Source of the DNA: Pseudomonadota bacterium
Lineage (GTDB): Bacteria > Desulfobacterota > Desulfobacteria > Desulfobacterales > RPRI01
Direction of reading: 5' to 3'
Assembly: GCA_043825875.1 (NCBI GenBank)
Contig: JBDRRF010000079.1
Coordinates: 160,001-224,000, forward strand
DNA: 64,000 nt
This document shows, in pieces, positions 38,146 through 48,013 of the stretch. Made by a program: the position numbers and the translations under genes. A model generated the notes under the pieces. It did no database searches and was not told the DNA's origin. It worked only from the letters and a program-made list of their open reading frames with translations. Each line of letters opens with the position of its first letter. The first letter of the stretch is position 1.

Positions 38146-40116
38146 TCAAGCTACCGACATTTCTCTTCTTGCCGCCATGTCAACTAATACTCGCTCTTTT
38201 CCTTTGTCAAGGCCAAGGGCATTTCTTTTCTTGTCGATATGGGCAATCATCATTTTTGCCATTTCATAAGGATCAGCATTAAATCCCCATTTCCCGAATC
38301 CCTGCTGTTCAAGTCCTTCAAAAAGAAGCTTGTGAAACTTTGTGTCTTCTATTATCGGGAAAGTAACACCAAAGACCGTATATACACCGGATGCCACAAA
38401 ATACTGTCCGATGCAGATGGCCTTTTCACTCATCCATTCCGGAGCAGCGCCTGCTACCGGAAGATCGGCAATGCTGTTTCCCAGCCCACCTTCTTTAACC
38501 ATCTGTGATGCTGCAACCAGAATACGACTGTTATCAACGCATGATCCCATTCCAAGAACAGGTGGCATACCAACCGCTTCGCAAACTTCTCTTAATCCCG
38601 GGCCTGCAAGGCAAGCGGCTTCAGGCGTATAGAGTCCGGCTTTGGCAAGAGCAATCTGTGCGCATCCGGTCTGAAGCACAAGCACATCGTTTTTAATGAG
38701 TTCTTTTACAAGCTCAACATGAACCCAGTCCTGTTTTACTCTTGGATTTGTGCAGCCGACAACACCTGCCACACCACGGATTCTTCCGTTAATTATGTTG
38801 TCATTTAATGGTGTATAGCTTCCTCTGAATGTTCCGCCTAACATGTAATTGATATACTCATGTGAAAAACCGTGTATGCCGATATTTTTAATTTTTGGAA
38901 TTTCTATTGGGAGACTACGGTTCTTAAACCTGGTTATTGCTTTAATTACGATTTCATCTGTGCATGATCTTGGATCATGTTCATTAAATTCAATATGCTT
39001 AGCACCTTCAATATGGCAACGGGGATTTGTAGTAAACAGATGTGTCTTATAACACTCGGCAACCTTGACCAGTCCCTGTTTAATGCATTGAATGTCAACT
39101 GCCATAGCATCTACCGCACCGGTTACAAGGATAGCTTCGGTTGACATAAAGTTGCCGGCATGGGGAACGCCGTGGCGGGACATCATTTCAGCACCTGAGC
39201 AACACATACCTACAAGATTTATCCCTTTAGCTCCTGCATCTTTTGCTGCCTGTATAAGTGAGGGCTCGTTTACCGATAAAAGCATTGATTCAAAAAGGTT
39301 CGGCTCATGACCATGAATAATTACATTAACCTCGTTTTCCTTTAATACTCCCATATTCACTTCGGCGCTTACAGGTGTTGGGGTGCCGAACAGTATATCG
39401 CATATTTCTGTTGCAACCATTGATCCGCCCCATCCGTCCGCAAGAGCTGTTCTACTGCACTGTTTTGTGATGTTTTCGTAATGCTGGTCAACTCCCATGT
39501 GTGTTCTGTTCATAAGTTCCATGATTTCGCGCATTGCGCCTCTGGGCACTATGCCGTGTTTCCGCCATGTTTCTAATGTTTTTTCAGGAACTCTTTTTGC
39601 AAAAGGAATTTCGCCTTCAACCTGGGTATAGGTTTTTTCCAGTTCATGATACAAATCTAACGCAATGTCTTTTATATCGCGTCCATCAACTTCAATCCCT
39701 ATTGAACGTGCAACATCTTCCAATTTATAAGGATCTTTAATTTTATACTCTGTATTTTTTCCGGTTACTACTTCCCTGAAAAGCTCAAGCATTGCCATAC
39801 CATGATCATTATGACATGCAGATCCTGCCGCAACCATACGAGCAAAGTTTCTTGCCATAATTGTATCGATAGTTGCACCGCATACACCTACTTTTCCGTA
39901 AGGATCTCTCGAATTAAGCCTGCATGGCCCCATTGCACAATGTTTACAGCATGCAGAATCTGCTCCTATAGGACATGCCTTCATGCTTAAAGCCCTGTCA
40001 AATGCAGTTTCAACACCGTCTCTTTTAGCTTTTTCAAGCATCTGGGCTGTAGCATCACAAATTGTAAGATCTTTAATGTTTACTGATTTTTTTGAAGCGC
40101 TTTCTTCCTTTTCCAT
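38146..40116 (-). CDS. cooS: Anaerobic Ni,Fe carbon-monoxide dehydrogenase catalytic subunit
   Basis: CPIGADSACCKHCAMGPC (D/B clusters); C-cluster ligands HGHEP, GMCC, DIQC, VVGC, TGC, GSCVD; PEWMSEKA. Confidence 0.97.
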   Translation of the reverse strand: MEKEESASKKSVNIKDLTICDATAQMLEKAKRDGVETAFDRALSMKACPIGADSACCKHCAMGPCRLNSRDPYGKVGVCGATIDTIMARNFARMVAAGSACHNDHGMAMLELFREVVTGKNTEYKIKDPYKLEDVARSIGIEVDGRDIKDIALDLYHELEKTYTQVEGEIPFAKRVPEKTLETWRKHGIVPRGAMREIMELMNRTHMGVDQHYENITKQCSRTALADGWGGSMVATEICDILFGTPTPVSAEVNMGVLKENEVNVIIHGHEPNLFESMLLSVNEPSLIQAAKDAGAKGINLVGMCCSGAEMMSRHGVPHAGNFMSTEAILVTGAVDAMAVDIQCIKQGLVKVAECYKTHLFTTNPRCHIEGAKHIEFNEHDPRSCTDEIVIKAITRFKNRSLPIEIPKIKNIGIHGFSHEYINYMLGGTFRGSYTPLNDNIINGRIRGVAGVVGCTNPRVKQDWVHVELVKELIKNDVLVLQTGCAQIALAKAGLYTPEAACLAGPGLREVCEAVGMPPVLGMGSCVDNSRILVAASQMVKEGGLGNSIADLPVAGAAPEWMSEKAICIGQYFVASGVYTVFGVTFPIIEDTKFHKLLFEGLEQQGFGKWGFNADPYEMAKMMIAHIDKKRNALGLDKGKERVLVDMAARREMSVA

Positions 40117-40199
40117 GTGCTCCTCCCTTCGTGGAAAGATTATATGTTATATTGAATTGAAATAAATTGGACAAAATTATAATAGGAATTATTATTATT

Positions 40200-40227
40200 A
40201 AGAATAAGATTTTTAATATTATTGTCA
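40200..40227 (-). promoter_or_regulatory. sigma70-type promoter for cooS
   Basis: Minus strand TTGACA-N16-TATTCT. Confidence 0.45.
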
Positions 40228-40237
40228 AGCACAAGAT

Positions 40238-42211
40238 TTGATACATATAAAAATAATGGGGGATCTAGTGGTAAATAACAAAATATTTACGAATGAATCC
40301 AACAGGTTGATAAATGAAAAAAGTCCGTATCTTTTACAGCATGCCTATAACCCTGTAAATTGGTATCCATGGGGAGATGAGGCCATCAACAGAGCCGTAA
40401 AAGAGAATAAACCAATTATATTATCGATAGGTTATTCTACATGTCACTGGTGTCATGTAATGGAAAATGAATCATTTACAAATAATAAAATTGCAAAAAT
40501 TATGAATGATAATTTTATATGTATCAAAGTTGACAGAGAAGAGCGGCCGGATCTGGATCGTATCTATATCAGCGCTGTTACAGCACTGACAGGTTCTGCC
40601 GGATGGCCTTTAAATGTTTTTCTGACACCAGAGCTCAAACCCTTTTTCGGAGGTACTTATTTTCCTGCAAAGTCAAATTTCGGCATGACCTCCTGGCCCG
40701 ATTTATTAAACAAAATTGCGTCTATATGGAAAGATCCGGTTGCACATAAAGATATTATTACATCTGCTGATAAAATTACTGATATTATAACAAAGAATCT
40801 TTCTTATGAAAAGGGGTTTTTACCTTCAAAAAAAGACAAACAGAGTCATCTATACGATGCTTTCAAATATTATTCATCTTCTTTTGATAATAAATATGGT
40901 GGTTTTGGAAAAGCGCCCAAGTTTCCTTCACCTTCAATATTCAAATTTCTTTTTGCCTATTTCACTTATGCAAAAAAAATCGAAGAGTCGGCTTTGGCAA
41001 AAAGAGCTCTTCATCTGGCTGATTATACCTTAAAAGCAATGGCGAGCGGTGGTATTTATGATCAAGCAAGAGGAGGATTTCACAGGTATTCAACTGATGA
41101 TAAATGGCATATTCCGCATTTTGAAAAAATGCTCTACGATAATGCCCAGCTTGTTGTGTCATACCTTGAGGCATACCAGATAACATCCGATAAGTTTTTT
41201 GCAGATATTGCCAAAGAAACGTGCGATTATATTCTTTCCGATATGACAAATTCTTTTGGTGGTTTTTATTCTGCTGAAGACGCAGACAGTTTCCCCGGGC
41301 AAAACTCTAATGAAGAGTTTAAAGATCCCTTAAAAAAAGTAGAAGGTGCTTTTTATGTTTGGGACAAAAATGAAATAAATGAAATCCTGGGAGAAGATCC
41401 GGCAGAAATATTTTCATACCGATTCGGCGTGATGGAAGAAGGAAATGCAGCACATGATCCACATGGATATTTTGAGAAGCAAAATATTCTTTATGTTAAA
41501 CATTCGATTGAAGAAACTGCAAAAAAATATAATCTATTGCCGGAAAAGGCTGATAAAATAATATGTGATGCAAAAGACAAACTTCTTAAGTCTCGTACAA
41601 ATAGAGCAAGACCGCATCTTGATGACAAAATACTTACTTCCTGGAATGGTCTTATGATATCGGCTTTTGCCAAAGCATATAAAATCCTTGGCAGTAAAAA
41701 GTACTTAAAAGCTGCAAAGAATGCTGCCGTATTCATAATGTCAAATCTTTATGATGAAAAGACTGGAAAACTTTATAGAAGATGGCGGGAAGAAGAAAGA
41801 GCCGTTTTGGGAATGGGAAGTGATTATGCATTTTTCATTTCAGGACTTATAGATCTTTATGAATCGGATTCCGATAATAAATTGCTTGATACAACTATTG
41901 TGCTTTCTGAAGAACACTTGAGATTGTTTTATGATGAAAAGTATGCAGATTTTTATATGACCAGCAATGAGCATGATAAACATCTTATCATCCGCATAAA
42001 AGATGATTCGGACAGCGTAATTCCGGCACACGGTTCTGTAGCAATCCAAAACCTTTTACGGTTATCAAAGATAAGCGGCAGAACGGATTTTAGAGAAATT
42101 GCGCAAAAAACCATAGAAGCAGCTTTATCGGCAAACACTTTTCATCCTGCCTTGTTTCCGTATATGCTGGCCGTGGTGTGTGATACGTTGACTGAAGAAA
42201 CAATATTATAG
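40238..42211 (+). CDS. Thioredoxin-domain DUF255 (YyaL/SSP411 family) protein
   Basis: [54 protein letters not shown]. Confidence 0.95.
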   Translation: MIHIKIMGDLVVNNKIFTNESNRLINEKSPYLLQHAYNPVNWYPWGDEAINRAVKENKPIILSIGYSTCHWCHVMENESFTNNKIAKIMNDNFICIKVDREERPDLDRIYISAVTALTGSAGWPLNVFLTPELKPFFGGTYFPAKSNFGMTSWPDLLNKIASIWKDPVAHKDIITSADKITDIITKNLSYEKGFLPSKKDKQSHLYDAFKYYSSSFDNKYGGFGKAPKFPSPSIFKFLFAYFTYAKKIEESALAKRALHLADYTLKAMASGGIYDQARGGFHRYSTDDKWHIPHFEKMLYDNAQLVVSYLEAYQITSDKFFADIAKETCDYILSDMTNSFGGFYSAEDADSFPGQNSNEEFKDPLKKVEGAFYVWDKNEINEILGEDPAEIFSYRFGVMEEGNAAHDPHGYFEKQNILYVKHSIEETAKKYNLLPEKADKIICDAKDKLLKSRTNRARPHLDDKILTSWNGLMISAFAKAYKILGSKKYLKAAKNAAVFIMSNLYDEKTGKLYRRWREEERAVLGMGSDYAFFISGLIDLYESDSDNKLLDTTIVLSEEHLRLFYDEKYADFYMTSNEHDKHLIIRIKDDSDSVIPAHGSVAIQNLLRLSKISGRTDFREIAQKTIEAALSANTFHPALFPYMLAVVCDTLTEETIL

Positions 42212-42289
42212 TGTAAAATAATATTCCGATTCAAATCATAATTGTTTTGCTTAAGGTATTTGCTATTTTATTATACAGAATACTGCTTA

Positions 42290-42751
42290 CTATATTTTAC
42301 GTTTTGTCTTCCATCCGTACCACAAACCAAATATACCAAAAATGATCGAAAAACCCATAATTATTTTTTCCGCCCGTGTTATACCGGAAGAAGCCGCACG
42401 TGATTTCGGGCCGGCAGTCTTGGATTCGTTGTTAATAATTGTTACCTCCGCATTTACTGCTATGCGGTGGCCCATACCATCCTTAACTACAACCCGCCAC
42501 TGACCTTTTTTATCAGGATAAAACATAAAATGACCGTTACGATCACATCGACCGGTTTGAAAAGTAATATCAGAATCAAAAGATGTGATCTCAACAGACG
42601 CATAACTCATAGCTTCTCCGTCATCATATTCCGATGTTAAGAGATAGCCTTCCGATCTTGATATATAACCAAGGGTTCCGTGTGAAAACCCTGATGTTGC
42701 ATTCAATAAATTAATTGCTATACAGATTATAGTAACAATAAAATTTCTCAT
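42290..42751 (-). CDS. NikL/CbiL-like metal-transport auxiliary protein
   Basis: Signal peptide followed by HG; YDDGEAMSYA, GRCDRNG, DGMGH; C-terminal TM helix. Confidence 0.7.
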   Translation of the reverse strand: MRNFIVTIICIAINLLNATSGFSHGTLGYISRSEGYLLTSEYDDGEAMSYASVEITSFDSDITFQTGRCDRNGHFMFYPDKKGQWRVVVKDGMGHRIAVNAEVTIINNESKTAGPKSRAASSGITRAEKIIMGFSIIFGIFGLWYGWKTKRKI

Positions 42752-42839
42752 TCCCCTACCCTTTTTGTCTGTGATTGATCAGACAAAGCCAAGCCTGATC
42801 AATCACACAAATAGCCGGTGTCCTGTCGTTATAGCTATA

Positions 42840-43622
42840 CTATTCAACAGCAAAAGTTAATGTTGCCACATATGATTCAACATCGCATTTGGATATATCT
42901 GAATATGGGACTTCATGGGATACCTTGATCAGCCATATTCCGGGCTGAAGAATACGAATTCGGGCTTGTCCTTTTTTATCCGCTGATGTGGCATAAGCAA
43001 AAGTATTTGGTTCCGTTGAAAAGCCAACATAGGTAGCAAAAACGTTTCCGCTGTAAGGTTTCCCATCCACTAAAACCTGAATGGGCATATAATCACCGGC
43101 ACGGAGTCTGGCAGGATTTTCAAGGGCAATAATTTCTATAGGATGACCTATAACTTTATCCGCTTTTCCTTCTTTTCCTACACTTGCTATCGCTTTCATA
43201 CACATATGAGCATAAGAACAGCGTATAACATTTTTCAATCCCGTTTTGGGTTCTCTAACTCCTCCTTGTGCAGTCTTTGTATAATAACCGGCCTTTCGGA
43301 TAGCTGCTACGATATAAGCTCCGTCAATATTAAGAGTATTGCCGGATTGCAGTTCTACTTCACTTGTGTATTCGACTGTTTGTTTTGTTTCGTTCGGGCT
43401 TATGATAGTAAGAGTTTGTACTTCATCTTTTTTAAGAAACCCGTCTATCGGATAATGATGCCCCCAACCTAAGGTAAATTTCAGGGTCGAACCTTTTTTA
43501 GGATTATAATCTGTTAAATTAACCCATGGAAAATGAGCATAAGCTGGAAAAGCTGTTAACAATAAAGCTGCGAAAAATGCACATACAATAGTAAAGCTTA
43601 TTACAATTTTTTGTTTTTTCAT
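42840..43622 (-). CDS. DUF4198 periplasmic nickel/cobalt-uptake protein (NikK-like)
   Basis: AYA-HFPWV mature N-terminal His, GWGHHYP, GHPIEII, YVATLTF. Confidence 0.85.
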   Translation of the reverse strand: MKKQKIVISFTIVCAFFAALLLTAFPAYAHFPWVNLTDYNPKKGSTLKFTLGWGHHYPIDGFLKKDEVQTLTIISPNETKQTVEYTSEVELQSGNTLNIDGAYIVAAIRKAGYYTKTAQGGVREPKTGLKNVIRCSYAHMCMKAIASVGKEGKADKVIGHPIEIIALENPARLRAGDYMPIQVLVDGKPYSGNVFATYVGFSTEPNTFAYATSADKKGQARIRILQPGIWLIKVSHEVPYSDISKCDVESYVATLTFAVE

Positions 43623-43646
43623 TTTTATCTCCTCTTTTTTATCTGT

Positions 43647-45647
43647 TTAAAATTCAAGACTCATCTTCACGATAAAGGTGCGCCCGGCATAATAACTGTT
43701 TTCGCTGCTCTTCGTGGAATCGAAGATATCGTCTGCTTCAAAAGATATTTTGCTCCTTTTGGAAAGATATTTATATATTTTTGCTTCCACTGTAGTATAG
43801 TCGCTGATTCTCGTTGTATTATCCGAATCAGTATATTGCCGGCCCGTATAGGTAACTCCCGTCCTGGCACCCAGCCCCAAAGAGTCCCATTCATATCCGG
43901 TTCGCAGTGAAATGCTGTGTTTCGGAATATAAGTCAGCTCTTTTCCGGATTCTTTGTTTTCGGTTTTGGTATATGTATAGGAAAGGGATACATCAAATGC
44001 CCGTCCAAGATAAGCGTTTCCCATTAACTCTATTCCCTGAGTCCAGGCTTTTTCTACGTTTTCATATTTTACCAGAGGAAGTCCGTTATAAAGAGTTCCT
44101 GTATCAACGGAAACAACCATATCCTTTACATCATTACGAAAATATCCCAGATTGAAAATCAGGTTATCTTCCAGCAGTCGTTGTTCTAAACCGATAGTAT
44201 ATCCAACTGCTTTTTCAGGCTTTAGCTCGGGATTTGACTGTGCATACCAGCCTCCGTGCCTGTAAGGGGCATCATAATATAATTGCCGTATGGTGGGTGA
44301 TTTAAAGGATCGTCCAACAGAACCGCGAAGTATGGAAGACTCCATAAGACGGACCATGAAGCTGAACTTCGGATTTACTTCATCTCCGAATACGGAATGG
44401 TCATCATAACGGGCTCCGCCGATAAGTGTTACACGATCCCAAAAACTCAACTCATCCTGCAAGAAACAGCTTTTTGTACGAACGTTTTCATCTACGTTTA
44501 CTATAGACCCATCCTGATTTTCTATCATAAAATCAATTTTCTGGGCTTGATATTCTCCACCGGCAGAAAGGATATTGTTTTTTGTCATATGCCAGGTGTA
44601 TAAGAGTTCGCTCTGGTTAAAGGTAACATAACCGTCTTTATATCCGTGTTCATAACCCGGATAGCCATGCACAAAATCCCATTTATACGTATATCCTTTT
44701 ACTGATAAAATATGATCTTCAGCTACTCGCCAATCTCCTCCTATGGAAACACGATGACTTGTTTCTTCCCGGCTATCTGTTTTTTCGTAATCACTTAATT
44801 CTACCTTGGTAAACAAATTAATATCTTCTGTTATACTAGTATCAAGCTTTCCCAAAAATGAATTCCGGTCCGAAGCAAGAGGATCTACGGTAATATCATC
44901 AGCTCCTTCATAGTTATACGAAATAAGGTAGGAGGTAGAATCCGTTATACGATCACCAAAACCAAAATATGCCTGGGACATGTTTCGCTTTCCACCCACA
45001 TTTTCTTCGGAACTGCCTGCAACTTTTCGTTTGACCTTATACCATCCGTAAGACCCGCCTGCCCAGCCTGTCGGCTTATTCGGGGTTTTTTTTGTGATGA
45101 TATTGATAACACCGGCCATGGCATCACTTCCGTAAAGAGCTGACCCCGGCCCTTTGACGACTTCAATACGCTCAATCATGTTAACCGGTATCTGGTTTAA
45201 TCCAATACCATATTCGCCCATACCGCCGCTCTGGCCGCAACCCATAGCCCGCTGGCCGTCAATTAAAACAAGGCCGTAACCGCTATCAAAATCAAGCCCC
45301 CGCATGGCGGAATGCCATGTATATGTACCGAAAACATCGCTGTGGTTGGCAACACTTAAGCCTGGGACTTCCTTTAAGACATCCATGATATTCTGGGCAT
45401 TGCTTTTTTCGATTTCTGCGTTTGTTATAACAACGGTTTCTACAGGAACATCTTCTAAGGTATGAGAGGTTTTAGTTGCAGTAACAACGATTTCCTGAAG
45501 CTTCGTGATGTTTTTGCCATCATCGATTTGTATATTGTAATCATTGCCTGAATCCGTTTGAAGAGATTCGGCATAGCCTATTTGAGTATAAGCCATAAAC
45601 AACACAGATAGTAATACAACAGTAAAACGTGGTTTAATTTCTTTCAT
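43647..45647 (-). CDS. TonB-dependent receptor, probably nickel/cobalt
   Basis: EIVVTATKT TonB box, IERIEVVKGPGSALYGSDAMAGVINIITK, C-terminal Phe; operon with DUF4198. Confidence 0.9.
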   Translation of the reverse strand: MKEIKPRFTVVLLSVLFMAYTQIGYAESLQTDSGNDYNIQIDDGKNITKLQEIVVTATKTSHTLEDVPVETVVITNAEIEKSNAQNIMDVLKEVPGLSVANHSDVFGTYTWHSAMRGLDFDSGYGLVLIDGQRAMGCGQSGGMGEYGIGLNQIPVNMIERIEVVKGPGSALYGSDAMAGVINIITKKTPNKPTGWAGGSYGWYKVKRKVAGSSEENVGGKRNMSQAYFGFGDRITDSTSYLISYNYEGADDITVDPLASDRNSFLGKLDTSITEDINLFTKVELSDYEKTDSREETSHRVSIGGDWRVAEDHILSVKGYTYKWDFVHGYPGYEHGYKDGYVTFNQSELLYTWHMTKNNILSAGGEYQAQKIDFMIENQDGSIVNVDENVRTKSCFLQDELSFWDRVTLIGGARYDDHSVFGDEVNPKFSFMVRLMESSILRGSVGRSFKSPTIRQLYYDAPYRHGGWYAQSNPELKPEKAVGYTIGLEQRLLEDNLIFNLGYFRNDVKDMVVSVDTGTLYNGLPLVKYENVEKAWTQGIELMGNAYLGRAFDVSLSYTYTKTENKESGKELTYIPKHSISLRTGYEWDSLGLGARTGVTYTGRQYTDSDNTTRISDYTTVEAKIYKYLSKRSKISFEADDIFDSTKSSENSYYAGRTFIVKMSLEF

Positions 45648-45768
45648 CTTTATATCCCTTGTTTATATTAATCTTAGAGCCTCCATGTTAAGGAACATTT
45701 GACTGCCGGGATATTCAATGATAAAAACAAACCCGAACTCCGGATATTCCTTCTGGAGATTCACATCT

Positions 45769-45814
45769 AAAGGCAGCCGGTTTATCCTTTGCCGGGGAAA
45801 CGGCTGCCTTTTTT
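45769..45814 (-). terminator. Hairpin in the leader of the Ni TonB receptor
   Basis: AAAGGCAGCCG...CGGCTGCCTTT 11-bp stem. Confidence 0.5.
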
Positions 45815-45862
45815 ATTTTAAGTAAATTACTTGTTCTTATATTTCAATTCCTTATAAAAAAT

Positions 45863-45917
45863 AAAAAAGCCACGAAGTCAGGGGCAATGCCTGCCCTTAA
45901 GCCTTCGTGGCTTTTTT
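45863..45917 (-). promoter_or_regulatory. Conserved leader hairpin motif, copy A
   Basis: GCCACGAAG-gcttaa-GGGCA-ggcat-TGCCC-ctga-CTTCGTGGC followed by U6. Confidence 0.65.
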
Positions 45918-45977
45918 ATTACGAAACCTAATTTGGTTTTAACTATAAATCTTTTATGTTAAATTCTACCGATATTT

Positions 45978-46175
45978 TCAGTCAACTTGTTCTTCAAGCA
46001 AAATTTTATGTTCCACAAGCTTCATTCCTTTAATCTTGCCCCTCACCATTGTTTGATCGCCGAAAATACCTACCAACCGCCATGTCTTGTCGTCTTCCGG
46101 TTCAATAATATCTACTGATTCCATTAGAAGCTGCTCTTGACCATCTTTAACCAGATATGCATTAGCCTCACACAT
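45978..46175 (-). CDS. cooT: CooT family nickel-binding protein
   Basis: MCEANAY (Cys2), LLMESVD, IFG, HKILL; 65 aa. Confidence 0.9.
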   Translation of the reverse strand: MCEANAYLVKDGQEQLLMESVDIIEPEDDKTWRLVGIFGDQTMVRGKIKGMKLVEHKILLEEQVD

Positions 46176-46602
46176 CTTTTATCACCTCCTTGATTTTCTC
46201 CACCGCCACCTGCACAAGATGCGGCAGTGGTTCCATAGATATTCCGATAATATTTATGTTTTCCTGTGAAATAGGCAGTAATATTTTTACAGCCTTGCTT
46301 GATGTAACTGCCTCTGCTATTTTAGGCGTTACTTCGCCCAGCATGGCATTTGCCCATGTGATACCAACAGATCCTACTATACAATCGGCATCAATTAACA
46401 TCCGGCAAATAGCATTTTCTCCGCTTGCCCCCTTATTTGCACCAGCTTTGAGCATTTGTGCCGTTGCAATTGCGTTTGTTCCCAAAGCTATCAACTCCAC
46501 ATTTTCAGCAAATGCATGCTTAAGGTATTTTATCAGAGTAGCTCCTATACCACCCCCCTGTCCGTCGACAATACATATCAGTTCAGACATACACGGACTC
46601 AC
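46168..46602 (-). CDS. DUF3842 family protein (probable start ATG 46590)
   Basis: IVDGQGGGIG, ALGTNAIAT, GASGENA, ANAMLGEVTP. Confidence 0.9.
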   Translation of the reverse strand: MSPCMSELICIVDGQGGGIGATLIKYLKHAFAENVELIALGTNAIATAQMLKAGANKGASGENAICRMLIDADCIVGSVGITWANAMLGEVTPKIAEAVTSSKAVKILLPISQENINIIGISMEPLPHLVQVAVEKIKEVIKDV

Positions 46603-46670
46603 TAAACTCTATTGAAATTTTTAAGAAAAGAAATCGTATTTCTTTCACAAACAACCTCCTGAAAGTAATA

Positions 46671-46727
46671 TAGCGTTTGTCAAAATAATGTTTTGGTTCA
46701 ATATGTAATTATTTGGAACATTTGCTA
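46671..46727 (+). repeat. 57-bp MITE-like repeat with imperfect TIRs
   Basis: TAGCgtttgtcAAAATAAT...ATTATTTggaacatttGCTA; related copies at 4891 and 53817. Confidence 0.7.
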
Positions 46728-46732
46728 CAAAT

Positions 46733-46780
46733 AAAAAAAGCCATGAACACCGGGTAGTTATTAACCCAAGCCTTCATGGC
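46733..46780 (-). promoter_or_regulatory. Conserved leader hairpin motif, copy B
   Basis: GCCATGAA-ggctt-GGGT-taataact-ACCC-ggtg-TTCATGGC followed by U7. Confidence 0.65.
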
Positions 46781-46812
46781 ATTATTTATTAATGGAAATG
46801 GTTAGATATACT

Positions 46813-46954
46813 GAACCACTTTCAAAACGTTTCAGTTTGGTCAAGCTCAAGGCGGGAGAAAATTTCAACCACAGTAATACATAGTGTATTTCGAGGATTG
46901 AAATTTGAGCCCAACGCAGAGATCGGCCAAAATGGGGCGTTTTGGAACTGGCTC
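46813..46954 (+). mobile_element. 142-bp MITE, copy 3
   Basis: Same sequence family; ATACT on both flanks (candidate TSD). Confidence 0.88.
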
Positions 46955-47182
46955 ATACTGTTTATTATAGCATCTTCATGATGCCAATCGATAGTTTGTA
47001 TGTACTTATGCCGTTTAAAAGATAAAAGTCAAGGGAAAAATTTTAATGCCATATAGCATTGATCATGATTCTTTTCTCTTTGTGCATGAACGCAAATACG
47101 CATAAAATAAAATTTATATAAAATCTTCAGCAATTCTTTCAAATGAATAATAAAGGCCGTGCAAACAAATATAACTATTACT

Positions 47183-47995
47183 TCACTTTGTTTCTATCAA
47201 GGCTTTATCAAACAAACTGTCCCGGGCATTTAAGGCTTCCCCAAGAGCGGCATTAATTTGTGGTTCTTTAGGTATAAATAGCAAACAGTCAAGTTTCTCC
47301 TTTAAACTCTTCACCAAACCAATGTTTAGAGCACCTCCACCAGTAAGTACACAATCGCCTTCCGGCCTGATTCTTAATACCAGGTTTGCTACTTTGTTAG
47401 CAATGGAAGCATGAGCACCGGCCACAATGTCTTCCTTTTTCTGCTGCTCCGCCACACGGGAAATCACCTCGGATTCTACAAATACTGCACAACTCGTGGT
47501 AAATTTCACTTCTTTCTCGGCTTTAAGTGAAATCGAGCCAAGATCATCAAGTGTTACACCTAAGACGCGGGCAAGTACTTGTAAGAAACGGCCGTTTCCG
47601 GCGGCGCATTTCTCATTTGCAATAAATTCCTTCATGCGGCCTTCTTCATCAAGCTTTATAACCTTTGTGGATTGGCTGCCGATATCAATAACTGCTTGTG
47701 CAGACGGAAAAAGATATCTCGCCCCACGCACCTGGCAGGACATATCGGAAATTTGCCGGCTTGCAAAAGAAACGTTTCCAGCCCCATAACCTGTGGCCAC
47801 AATTTCAGCAATATCTGTCATGACAAGCCCGACTTTTTCCAGTGCAGCTTGCATTATCTTTTCAGCCGTTTCTTTATAACATTTTCCGGAAGGCATTGCC
47901 CGGCTAAAGACTATATTATCTTTGTTTAAGATCACCACTTTAATAAAAGCAGTACCCATATCAATTCCGGCCAAGTAAGTTTTTTTTTCTGACAT
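47183..47995 (-). CDS. ASKHA-type CoA-substrate activase (BzdP/BcrD/HgdC-like)
   Basis: GIDMGT, ATGYG, SDMSCQVRG, IDIGSQSTK, NEKCAAGNGRFL, SCAVFVESE. Confidence 0.9.
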   Translation of the reverse strand: MSEKKTYLAGIDMGTAFIKVVILNKDNIVFSRAMPSGKCYKETAEKIMQAALEKVGLVMTDIAEIVATGYGAGNVSFASRQISDMSCQVRGARYLFPSAQAVIDIGSQSTKVIKLDEEGRMKEFIANEKCAAGNGRFLQVLARVLGVTLDDLGSISLKAEKEVKFTTSCAVFVESEVISRVAEQQKKEDIVAGAHASIANKVANLVLRIRPEGDCVLTGGGALNIGLVKSLKEKLDCLLFIPKEPQINAALGEALNARDSLFDKALIETK

Positions 47996-48013
47996 TTTAT
48001 TCTCTAAACGTTC

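Noticed and set aside
45650..45860. Cobalamin riboswitch upstream of the TonB receptor
   Set aside because: No AGGGAA, GCCCCCGCAACUGU or B12-box motifs on the minus strand.
45910..45945. NikR operator near the nickel genes
   Set aside because: Only a half-site (TATTAC) without a properly spaced complementary half.
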